Shown here: piece after piece, positions 35,735 through 46,341 of the stretch
How the letters are laid out: every line of letters starts with the position of its first letter
Numbering within the stretch: the stretch's first letter is position 1
From: Epithemia pelagica
Lineage: Eukaryota > Protista > Bacillariophyta
Length of the DNA: 64,000 bases
Assembly: GCA_946965045.2 (NCBI GenBank)
Contig: OX337241.1
Location: 1,178,001 to 1,242,000, forward strand
Direction: 5' to 3'
The notes under the pieces: generated by a model
The model's input: only the letters and a program-made list of their open reading frames with translations
Databases searched by the model: none
Told to the model about the DNA's origin: nothing
Program-made: the position numbers and the translations under genes

Positions 35735-37762
35735 ATGGTTGTGGCAATGGTTGATGAGTACGATTATGATGATGGTATAACAATGGTGTCTGCAAAGTCT
35801 AGCGAATCTGGCAACTTGATCGTTCGGGGAGAGACAAACGAAGACTACAACAGCAATGGGTCCTCACATTCAGCTATCGCTGTTCCGTGCTCCTCAGAAC
35901 CTTTGCTGGAACAGTTGGGCCAAGCACGTCGCTGGATTTATGTGTCTCATTTTTTCTCTCAGTTTTCGGACGCATCGTGGCAATTCGCTTTAAGTTTGTT
36001 TTTGGCGGCATTCTCCAACTACCAAAGCTTGTTTCTGATTTCCAGTTATGGTATTGTTTCCCAGTTAAGCATCTGTGCCTTTGGTTCCATCTCTGGACGT
36101 TATGTTGACGAAACATCCTCCCATCGCTTACGAACGGCGCGGCTCTTCTTAGGAACTCAAACTCTCTGCGTTCTGATTGCCACGACTTGCTCTTATTATG
36201 CCTTACACCGTGTGGATCACATCATGATGATTTCGGTAATAGCATCTTCTGAAGGCAATACCTCGACTGTCGTTGAAAATCACGAACAAACTGAACCTTC
36301 AGAAAGTTCTGTTGAGGCCTCGCATCCGTGGTCAAAAGATATCGTGACAATAGTCTTGGTTTTGCTTATCCATCTATTTGGACCATTGGCCGAAATCCTG
36401 AATCGAGGGTTCCTCGTTGCAATAGAACGTGATTGGATTGTTACCATGATGCCAGCTGCTCCGAAAGCACGGCCTATCGACGACAACGACGACAATTCTT
36501 TAGATAGCAACTCTCCCGATGACCGCACGTCGACTGGCCAAGAACGGAGTGGTCGAGAGTGGTTGGTTGAAACGAATGTTCGCATGAAACAATTGGATTT
36601 GACTTGCAAAGTCGTGGCTCCGGCAGTGTCTGGTTTGATTGTGGGGTCTTTTGATGACGCCTCGAGCAGTAGCGAGGACAACCCACAGGAGCACAATAGC
36701 GTTCACAATCTCACCACTGCGGCCTTGTTAGTGGGACTGGTCCATGTGGCGGCCGTAATAGTGGAATACGTGGCAACCGCCCATGTCTATTACATGGTGC
36801 CTGCTCTCCGAGGATGCCAGGTATCTAAAACACCAGCAACAAGATCCACGACAGAATCAACTGCAAGAACGCTGGCGTTGACAGAGTCGGAAGAAGGAAT
36901 CGCGATACACTCGAGAGATGAACGTGAAACAGAGGGTACATCGGACAGCGAAGTAGAGGAAAACGATAGTTGCTTGTCCAGAAAGCTTTCCAACCATGAT
37001 GCTTCAGTTGGCGAGGACAGCCACTTCGATGACGGAGAAAACGAGAATCTGATCGTCGACAGTTGTGAGATGGCACTGAACAGCCCATCTCCGTCGTCCA
37101 CTAGAGAAAACTCTTCGAGTCTGTCTTCTTCCGGTCGTATTTTGCTCTCTGGTTGGACAATATTTTTCCAGCAACCAATTGCCTTTGGTGGCTTGGGCCT
37201 GGCGCTGTTGTACGTAAACATTCTGAACTTCAGCGCTTTGATGACAGCCTTCTTGGTATCCAAAGGCATGGCCTTGCAAACCGTTGGGGTACTACGAGGC
37301 ACTTCAGCCGCCCTGGGGTTGTTGGGCACTGTGGCCTACGACGTAAGCGTTAAGTCAACGTCACTCGTGACAACAGGGTTGTGGTCCATAGTGTTTGAAT
37401 TCATGTGTCTGAGTGTTTGTTTTGCAAGCTTCTTTGTTCCGTCTTACATTGGATCTATGGCACTTTTGGTTGCTGGGGTTTGGGCCAGTCGTATCGGACT
37501 GTGGGTTTTTGATATTTCCATATCGCAAATGATGCAAGAACTCATCCCCGAAGGAATTCGAGGTGTTGTGGGAGGAACGCAACAATCCTTGAATGCATTC
37601 TTTCAATTCATCCCATATGTTATGGGCCTTATATTCTACCAACCTGCTGAGTTTCACATTTATGCTGCAACTGGCTACTTGGCGGTCGGCATCGCTATGA
37701 TTCTGTATTTTGTTGGGGTTTACCAACGTGCCGATCGATTGTTCCCCGAATCGGGTGGATGA
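35735..37762 (+). CDS. FPN1: Ferroportin (SLC40/IREG family) MFS metal exporter
   Basis: IYVSHFFSQF, AIERDW, NVRMKQLDLTCKVVAP, SRIGLWVFDISISQMMQE and GGTQQSLN, with many hydrophobic TM segments. Confidence 0.9.
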   Translation: MVVAMVDEYDYDDGITMVSAKSSESGNLIVRGETNEDYNSNGSSHSAIAVPCSSEPLLEQLGQARRWIYVSHFFSQFSDASWQFALSLFLAAFSNYQSLFLISSYGIVSQLSICAFGSISGRYVDETSSHRLRTARLFLGTQTLCVLIATTCSYYALHRVDHIMMISVIASSEGNTSTVVENHEQTEPSESSVEASHPWSKDIVTIVLVLLIHLFGPLAEILNRGFLVAIERDWIVTMMPAAPKARPIDDNDDNSLDSNSPDDRTSTGQERSGREWLVETNVRMKQLDLTCKVVAPAVSGLIVGSFDDASSSSEDNPQEHNSVHNLTTAALLVGLVHVAAVIVEYVATAHVYYMVPALRGCQVSKTPATRSTTESTARTLALTESEEGIAIHSRDERETEGTSDSEVEENDSCLSRKLSNHDASVGEDSHFDDGENENLIVDSCEMALNSPSPSSTRENSSSLSSSGRILLSGWTIFFQQPIAFGGLGLALLYVNILNFSALMTAFLVSKGMALQTVGVLRGTSAALGLLGTVAYDVSVKSTSLVTTGLWSIVFEFMCLSVCFASFFVPSYIGSMALLVAGVWASRIGLWVFDISISQMMQELIPEGIRGVVGGTQQSLNAFFQFIPYVMGLIFYQPAEFHIYAATGYLAVGIAMILYFVGVYQRADRLFPESGG

Positions 37763-38461
37763 TTGCAAGTACATTGTGCCTGTACAACATTTCAGTTGTA
37801 TGTGGATATTCCATATGGTGTTGCATCGTACAAGTCCATGGTACAAAGAGATGAATGGTGTGGCAGAACAACGGTTCCATATTTGTATGCTTCTTCTTTT
37901 GGACTTCTTCATCGAAACGAGAAGACAACGCTCCATCTTGTGATTTGATGGAAAACTTTACAGACGTGTTCACCTCACAGGTGCCCAGAAGAGTCAAGAA
38001 TGGAATCAGCCGCCGCCCGTTGTCTACGCTCTGAATTCAAAGATGACTCTTGTAGTGCTCATACATCTTCGTTTGCTTCAGACTTCCAAGTTGCAAGGTT
38101 ATAAGTCTCAATGAATTTCAATTTAAGTGACACTCCTAGTATCACTATTTTAACACCAATCTATGTTACCCAGCAAGTATCTGCTTTCATGATGCGGGCT
38201 ACACCGAGCCAGCTCAAAGGATTCACAACGATCGACATGATCGAGAACCAGACCTTGATATGCGCATGAAGGCATCATCCTTCTTGTTCAGGACACAGGG
38301 AAAGCGAAGAAATCTCGAATAAGCCTCTGTTTGCCAATAATAAACCGATGGCGAACAGGTAATGAAACGGAGACACCAAATTCCTGTAGAATGGCTTCAT
38401 CTTCTCTCTGGTCTAATTCGACCTGTCATTAACCCGTCAATAAAACTGACTGAGTTAGAAG

Positions 38462-40467
38462 TCATACTTCTCCAGGTAGTGAGTAGCTGCCTCCACCTGT
38501 TTCTGGGAAAAGCCTTTTTGCCCGTTGGTAAACACCGACAAAGTACAAAACCATTGCAATACCCACAGCTAAATACCCGGTTGCGCCATAAACGTAGAAC
38601 TCGGACGGTTTGTAAAAGACTAAACCCATAACATTTGGAATGAATTGAAACAGGGCATTCAGAGATTGTTGAGTTCCGCCTACAACACCTCGGATTCCTT
38701 CAGGGATGAGTTCTTGCATCATTTGTGTCACGGATATATCAAAGACCCATAGGCCGATACGGCTGGCAAAACGCCACCAACCAAAAGTCGAATGGATCCA
38801 ATGTACGATGGAACAAAGAAGCTTGCAAAACAAACACTCAGACACATGAATTCAAACACAATAGACCACAACCCTGTCGTCACAAGTGATGTTGACTTAA
38901 CGCTCACATGGTACGCCATAGTGCCCAACAAGCCCAAGGCAGCTGAAATGCCTCGTAGTAAACCGACTGTAGCAAGGGCCATGCCTCTGGATACCAAGAA
39001 GGCCGTCATTAATGCACTAAGCGTCAGAATGTTGACGTACAAAAGCGCCAGACCCAAACCCCCATAAGCAATAGGTTGCTGGAAATATACCGTCCAACCG
39101 GATGGAAGCAGAAATCGACATGATGACAACGAGGTCTTATCAGTGACTTCGGGGGCGTCAGGCATCGAAATATCATCACTTCTCGTACCCATATCCCCAA
39201 AGTCTTCATTCTTCGCGCTTCCTGGCTTGTCTTCGATGCTTTCATCATGGTTTAACCTCAAGTTGTGAGAAGAATCGATGGTGCTTTCACCTTCACTCTG
39301 TTGACTCTCTTGCACCGTCGGCAATTCAATAGTGGCTGGAGATACAAGCGTGGACGATGTGCTTGCGGGACGATGGAGGGCAGGTACCCTGTAATAGACT
39401 CGAGCAGTTGCCAAATACTCCACAGCTACCGCAGTGACGTTAACCAACCCGACTAACAAGGCAGCCGTTGTGAGATTGTGTGAACTACTGTCATGAGTGT
39501 CCGTGGCTGCCTCTGTGCTGGCGTGATTACTCGTATCGTTCTCACTGGCATTGGCGTTACGATCAAACACTCCGACCACCCAACCCGCCACGGCCGGCGC
39601 AACGACTTTGCAAGTCAAAACTAACTGTTTCATACGAACATTGGTTTCAGCCAACCATTCGCGCCCAGTGATCACTCGACCAGTCGAAGTTGTGCCATAC
39701 TCAGAAGGTGCACCAACGGAGGCAACTGTCTGGTCATTCTCATCCTGAAGGGGTGTTGTGGTGGCAGGCACCATGGCCACAATCCAATCACGTTCCATTG
39801 CTACCAGAAACCCTTGACTCGCTAGTTCAGCCAGTGGTCCGAAAACATGAATAAGTATCACCAAAATGACTGTGACGCTATCCTCTGACCAAGCAAACGA
39901 AGCCTGATCTTCCGTGTCGCCTTCGATACTTTCACCATCCATTTCAGCAGGTGAACTCCCTACTGCTCTTCTTGTTGGTTGTGACGCAAGCATCATTTCA
40001 TGGACACGTTGCAAAGCATAGTATGAACAAGCAGTTGCTATCAGGACGCAAAGTGACTGAGTTCCCAAGAAGATACGAGCTGTTCTTAAGCGATTAATAG
40101 AGGATGTTTCATCCACAAATCGTCCTGAGGTTGAACCAAAGGCACATTTGCTCAACTGGGACACAATACCGTAGCTGCAAACCAGAAACAAACTTTGGTA
40201 GTTCGAGAAAGCCGCCAAAAATAAGCTGAGAGAGAATTGCCATGCCTCATCAGAAAACTGGGCAAAGAAATGAGATACGTAAATCCAGTATCGAGCATGG
40301 TCCAACTGCTTCAACGACGAAAAAGACGAGGTGGTAGAATAGTCGTCTGTGGCGTCCGATGACTTTCCTTCGCCTTCCACCAGTGACGACAAGTTCGTTT
40401 CACATTGTCTGGATGATATCGTGTCTTCGGTTGGAATGATAAAGGCGGCGACTTCCACAGACTTCAT
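38462..40467 (-). CDS. Second ferroportin paralog, with an apparent 1-nt frameshift at 38768-38771
   Basis: Same motifs as the first copy. ORF 38728-40467 breaks at GGV, and the SRIGLWVFD...GGTQQSLN C-terminus continues in ORF 38462-38845. One extra T would restore GVFASRIG. Confidence 0.85.
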
Positions 40468-40897
40468 TGTGCACTGCTTCTCGTCCCCATTTCGGCATCA
40501 GAGTGAGAAATCCGTGCCGCTTTGAAATTTTCTGGTTCAGTTTTTTCCTGTCTGTCGAGACACGTGTATCGCCGCTTCCCCACGTCGCAGTTCCGCAAAT
40601 CTAGCGGAGAGCAACCCAAGCGTCCAATATGATTTCGTCAGTGAATTTTATGATTTGAAAAGATATATCGAAGCGACAGATATTTCCCGAAGTGCGACCA
40701 GCACAGTCAGTGGGGGAGAATAAAAGCCAACGCACCTCACCTAGCTAGCTCTCGATAGCTCCTGCGCAACCAATAGGCCTCCATCAAACGCCACAAAACC
40801 AGGACACGAAAAGCCTTTTGATCAGCTTCCAACTTATTTCGTTTCACAAGATCGACTTTCAGAGTATAACAACCGCATGGGTAGTCTAGATGCGGAT

Positions 40898-42517
40898 CTA
40901 GTCTGCCACCGCAATGACAATCGTGCAGTCTGATCTTCGTTTTCGGCTTGTACCACCAGTACCTTGATTGTTTGTTCTGTCTGACTTGACACCTTTCTTT
41001 TTCTTGACAGCTAAAGAAGGAAGCTGAAAATTACTGGGAGGAACCTGCGCTTGACCCAGAACTTCATAGCCCAGTTTGGCAAGAAAGCGCCGCATTGTCT
41101 CGCTACTATTGACGTCGCTACCTTGCTTGAGGATCACAGCACAAGGTGTACCCTTGGTCAAGATTTGACGCGTGGATCCAAGGATTCTTTCATTCTCTTG
41201 TGAATAGGTTTTCGAATTCACTCCCCACGGAAGATTGCAAACCATACAGTCGATACAAATAGGAGGGACCAGATTCTCACCATTGCTCGGTGTTGTCGCA
41301 TCTTCCCAGACTTGACTACTGTCTCGCACGAGCAAGCGGCACTGTTCATTGGTCCACATATCAGTTCTGTTAACGTAGGAAAGTGGGATCCAACTGGCTC
41401 GTTCATTTGCATCGATGCTGTTCTCATTATCGTTGTGGCATGAGCTGGTTTCGACCAAATGTTGAAGATTGGCGTACGTGCCTTCTATACACTTGGGATT
41501 GGAGTCCCAACCAATCACATGACAGTTTCGATCCAAGGCGTAGGCGAGAAACGTTCCACTCCCACATGTGGGATCCAGAACGACGATAGGGGTAAGGTCG
41601 AGTGAATCAGTGTTTTGGAACCCAGTCCTAGTCTTGTCCATCTCGTTCCCATTGCGGCGACTGTATACAAGATTGATCAGGAGGTCCACAACTATTTCTG
41701 CCAAGGCAGGCTGAATAGCAGAACTGTATTGAAACGGGCGACGAGACCATTGGATGACATCCATCCTCAAGCTGCCACAGGGGGACCGAGACTTGTCGAC
41801 ACCTGAAGGTGGTAACAGTTGGACGAGAAAAAGACCCATCGAGCTCGTATCGATTACGAGCAGTCGACTGCTGAGGGTACAAGAAGAATTTAAGGCAGCG
41901 GGTAACGGCCAAAGTGCTTGCGCAATCGCACACGTGAGCGTTTGCTCCGTGTAGGCATGACCAAAATTATCGTGCAATGTCAAGGACGACTCTGCTGTAC
42001 TTCTCAAATAGAGGTGGTCAAGAATCCAAGAACCTTGCAACCCCAAGCTGGCCACCGCTGGTGAAATGTTCTCGACTAGTCCCTGTGCCGTCTCGTTGCG
42101 TATCAAAAGACGACCCATCCATTCACAGCGAGAGAGGCTTGGAGGCAAAAGGCAACCAGCTGATGTATTGTCGTGATTGCCCTGTAACAAGCATGATGCT
42201 ACATGTGGATCCTGAACAGTAAATTTCAACAAGGAAGATGCGGTAGATGCATCCACAAGGAGACGTTGACATGAAAAGCGAGGATCCAGGTTGGTTTCGA
42301 GGCTCAGTTCGAGCCACTGTAGGTCTGATAGCTTGAAGCTTTCCCGTGTTTTGGCAAGAAAAGTTGTAGTTGAGGCTATCATCCTTGTTTCCCTTGTCAA
42401 TGAGTAACCTCCACAGAAGGAAAAATTGAGGAGAATACAACAACAGAGGACAACCCGTTGCCAGTGGCGGACAGCCACAAGACCATCACAGGTCGAAGAA
42501 TTCGACGAAAGGTTCAT
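40898..42517 (-). CDS. SAM-dependent methyltransferase, Trm11/Trm14-like N-methyltransferase type
   Basis: VVLDPTCGSGTFL (motif I), GWDSNP and VCNLPWG (NPPY-like). The likely start is MNLSS at 42517 (alternative 42613); the track ORF start at 42733 lies inside the MITE. Confidence 0.75.
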   Translation of the reverse strand: MNLSSNSSTCDGLVAVRHWQRVVLCCCILLNFSFCGGYSLTRETRMIASTTTFLAKTRESFKLSDLQWLELSLETNLDPRFSCQRLLVDASTASSLLKFTVQDPHVASCLLQGNHDNTSAGCLLPPSLSRCEWMGRLLIRNETAQGLVENISPAVASLGLQGSWILDHLYLRSTAESSLTLHDNFGHAYTEQTLTCAIAQALWPLPAALNSSCTLSSRLLVIDTSSMGLFLVQLLPPSGVDKSRSPCGSLRMDVIQWSRRPFQYSSAIQPALAEIVVDLLINLVYSRRNGNEMDKTRTGFQNTDSLDLTPIVVLDPTCGSGTFLAYALDRNCHVIGWDSNPKCIEGTYANLQHLVETSSCHNDNENSIDANERASWIPLSYVNRTDMWTNEQCRLLVRDSSQVWEDATTPSNGENLVPPICIDCMVCNLPWGVNSKTYSQENERILGSTRQILTKGTPCAVILKQGSDVNSSETMRRFLAKLGYEVLGQAQVPPSNFQLPSLAVKKKKGVKSDRTNNQGTGGTSRKRRSDCTIVIAVAD

Positions 42518-42650
42518 CCATTGACGATCAAACGAGGCTTCCACGGATCTCATCACGCCATCCTCGTCCTCATCGTCTGCGCTTTGAGAACTAGTAGCGC
42601 TCAAACAAGGCATCTCATGCTCATACTCACCTGTCCGATCAGGGGACAGG

Positions 42651-43456
42651 TACCCCCCAGCGGGGGTGTTTTTGAGGGAGTAATTTCGTTGAAACACCCC
42701 CTTCTCTGTTCGCTGGATCTTGACGGTAGGCATATCTCATTATTTCCTCCACCACGATAATAACACGACAATCAAACTTTGTTGTTGCTGGTGACCTCCA
42801 ATGGCCACCCCATCATGATCCGACCATCACATGCTTCATATCGGTACCATGTCAGTGCATTGTGAGGGGCACAGTGCATGCGGGCCATTCTAGGAAATGA
42901 CCAATACAGTGACGCTGTAATACGGCTCAATAGGAGACCATGATGGCGTGAAAATACATGAGAGTTGCCGTTTTGCTATCAACACACTGTGTAACTACTA
43001 CTGTGATGTGTATTGTGTACCAATAGGTGTCCAAACAATGCATGATAAGAGCCATATAGTCCCTTTGAGTTGCTTCGTTCGAAATGGCAATACGTCGCTT
43101 CCGTACCTGTGCCACGAGGCATGGCGCCTATGAGTCTGATGCATAATAGCCTTAACCTTTAAATTTTGGTGATGCCGATGCATTCTACACTATTGGTTTG
43201 AGGTCTATGACTAGCTAGGAAGACAGGTTTCACGAGTCCAAATATGTGCACAACAACCTGTGCAACACCATGGCCCGTGTTGTTATCGTGGTGGAGGAAA
43301 TGAGATATGCCGGCCGACTGGAAACAGGTTATTTTTGGCAAATAGGTATGGGGGTGGCTCAGAGAAATTACACCCTCAAAGCCACCCCCGCTAGGGGGTA
43401 GAGAAGGGGGTGGCTACACGAAATTACACCCTCAAAGCCACCCCCGCTGGGGGGTA
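42651..43456. mobile_element. Non-autonomous AcademH-like element (MITE-like, 806 bp)
   Basis: Ends TACCCCCCAGCGGGGGTG / CACCCCCGCTGGGGGGTA are identical to those of the large element. 10-bp TSD AGGGGACAGG at 42641-42650 and 43457-43466. Extra subterminal inverted repeat at 42729-42766 / 43277-43311. Confidence 0.9.
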
Positions 43457-43467
43457 AGGGGACAGGG

Positions 43468-43639
43468 ACGCGAAGGAGTTACACTCCTTAGCGTTCCCTA
43501 CGTCTGGTCTGGCACCCGACAGCTAAGCTGTCAAATGCCACAATCAACCAGAAGTAGTAGGTAGTCCCCTACATCCTTATCCACACCGCAAGCTACGACA
43601 GCAAAGGGCGACAGCAGGCAATTGGACGAAGACCGATTG
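43468..43639. repeat. Uninterrupted copy of the ~170-bp dispersed repeat
   Basis: Matches 2128-2252 joined to 35441-35483. Contains the hairpin aaggagt-tac-actcctt. Confidence 0.9.
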
Positions 43640-44142
43640 CTATCTTTGTTCATCATCCAGTCACGATATTCAGGAATGCTCGTTATCATCCTTAACCCTA
43701 ACGGGAGAATATGACGAAAGTTCCGGATGTCGCATTCGGATGCTGTCACATCCCGTGGTTCAACGTAAGATTAGACTCGTAATCTGCTATCATCTCTACG
43801 ATCTACGATGCTACTCCTATCTCTCAAGGATCTACTCCTAATAGGAATAGGAGTGTCTCATCGATTCTACCATCCAATATCCTTCGATCAAAGATCCATC
43901 TCCCAAAGCTCTTTCAGCGGTAGACCGGCAAAGATCGTCCATAGACCGAACGATCACACCTCACTCCTACTGATACTGTCTAGTAGATTGAGAGATTCAA
44001 AAGGTCTTGGATGCACTGTTCACTCCTTGCCAAACACACCACCCGTACAGACACGAGCTATACAACACACACACAAGCTCGGAATGAATTACGACGAGGT
44101 TGTGGAGGGAGTTCGTCGTGGTCGGGCTCGTAGTTTCAGGTC

Positions 44143-45879
44143 TTAAAACAAGAGCGTAAAGGCATGTTCGACCCGTCCTTCGTCGACCAATTCCCAGTGC
44201 AATTCAAGCGCCAAGAGAGATAAGACGGTATTCAATTCGGTCGTGGCCAAGGCTTGTCCAAGGCAATTGCGTGTTCCCAAGGCAAAGGGCAAGACCGCTT
44301 GGACTTGATCCACCGATGCATCCTTCCATCGAAAGGGATCAAATTCCCTCGGACGGTCGGGAAAGACCAAGGGACTCTTGTTCATGACGTACTGGGGCAT
44401 CAATACCACGGAATTCTGGGGAATGACCATGACTGGTTCGTCGTGTTTGTCGTCCGTAGTCGTCGGATTGTTGCTGCTGTTCGTGTTCCATGAAGAAGCT
44501 GTCAGTGGTACCTCAAAGTCTCGTCCAGTGATACGTCCCGATCCAAAGGCAGCCACAGGTAGAACCCGATTGCTTTCCTTGAGGAACCATTGCACGTAAT
44601 TGACTTGGTCCTGTGTATCGTTCTGGTTCTTTGTGTTGTCGTTGTTTTGTTGTTGTTGCTGTTGCAAGGCTTGTACAACACGATCTTGCCAGTCGGGATA
44701 TTTGGCCAAATGGTAGAGGGCGGCTGCGACACTAAAGCCGGTCGTATCGTGACCACCAACCAAAAAGACGATCAATTCCGCCACTTTTTGACGATCGCCA
44801 CAGGCTGTCAAATACTCATTCTCTTCAATCAATCGAATGACTGTAGCCTGCGACGATTGTCGTCCCTCGGCCACCAAGTGACGATAGTGCTGCAAGAGTT
44901 GGACTCCCAACTGGTACAAATCGTCACAGGCCGCAAAGACGGCTTGTCGTTCGGGCAAAAAGGGCGTCGCAAATTGTCGCAACGGATTGGCTCCTTGTTT
45001 GCGATCAAATTCCAACATGCCCAAGTCCAAGGCTCGTCCAAAAATGCGAATTTCGGCATTGGTAATGTGGGGATATTCCAGGGCCGCCTCACAAATGATA
45101 CGAAAGGTCAAGTGAATCATTTCGGAATAAATGTCAATGGATTCTTGTTCTGGTTGTTGTTGGTTTTGCTGTTGGATCCACTGGTGAACATGAGTTTCCA
45201 CCACTTGCTTCATGCGTTGGACTTAATTGGCCGAAAAGGCCGGTGCCGTCGCTTTGCGGACCATTTACCAATGGGCATTGTTGGGACTGGTAAAGAAGGA
45301 CGTTCGACCAGCCGTAACGGCATTCATGGGTTCGTACAAGAGGGATGCCTTGTCGGTTGTGGCATCCGTCAAGATTGTTCGGGCCAAGCCGGGATGACCG
45401 ACAATGTACAAGGTACAGGGCCATCGAGGAATGAGAATGCGATAGACCAAGGACTGCAATTGGTTCGATTGATCCAACAAAAACTCATGACTGGTCGGAG
45501 TGTCCAATTGCAACAAGGTCTTCAATAAGCCTTCTGGATTGCGGGGAATGGGCTTGGTTTTGCGACGATGACGATGAGTGTCCTGGTCGTCCGCCGCCAA
45601 GAACAAGGGGCGATACCAGGCCGTAATGGCCGCCGTCACCAAAACAGTGCTCAGAGCCGTCCCTACCCACAACCACGACCCAACTACCGGTGCCAATGGA
45701 TCGTTACGTTGGTGGTGCTTGTCCCTTTGGTTGTTCATGGGACGAAGAGCAAGAACCGAGTTGAACCACCCCAACGTCCACATTGTGGATTCGTGGTAGG
45801 AACAATCTGGGAAAAACTGCGTCGTCGCACAGTGTCTCTCACTCTTCTCTTTTCTCTGCGATCGCTCCGGTTCCGACAA
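44143..45879 (-). pseudogene. Cytochrome P450 with two in-frame TAA codons
   Basis: N-terminal TM anchor, W..VRKA.APAF, GGHDTT (I helix), KESNR (ExxR), FDPFRW and FALGTRNCLG (heme Cys). Stops at 45265-45267 and 45223-45225 lie in the same frame. Confidence 0.8.
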
Positions 45880-46341
45880 GTTGTAGAGAAGACGATTCTT
45901 CGTCGCTCACGCGTCCCTTTCTCTGTCTTGTTGCCTTGTCAGAAGTCGATGGTATCGAGAGGGATGATGTAGATACTTGCAGTCGTCGAAAGATCCAAAT
46001 TTTGCTGCTTCGAAAGATCGAAATTTTGCAAGATTCCATAAATGAGACTTATCAGCGACTCCATTTTATGGAGTCGCACTTAGGACTCTTTTTTCTTTAT
46101 CCTCAACGCTAATCGATAACGTCACGTTTGAAGAGAAAGATATTAACCGCGACCGCTTGACATCACTATCCTTCACCACACGCATCAACAACCAACAACA
46201 CAATCCTTTTTGGTGGTTGGGAACGAACGACGACAACCATAAAACCTCTTGCGACTCTAGTCACAACAACAACATCAGAAGAGCAGCAACCGTCTGGTCC
46301 AGCAAATCCATAGAAGAGAGACTCACACGACAACAGATAGA

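Noticed and set aside
40898-42733. Track ORF start at 42733 for the methyltransferase
   Set aside because: The first residues are read through the MITE terminus and are not part of the original gene.
42632-44150. Possible solo LTR (TG...CA ends) spanning the MITE and the 43467-44140 segment
   Set aside because: No matching 4-6 bp TSD in the flanks, and no second copy of the full segment in the window.
45223-45267. TAA-to-Gln genetic code reassignment
   Set aside because: Other genes in the window end normally at TAA (for example 47511 and 59301) and do not contain internal TAA codons.
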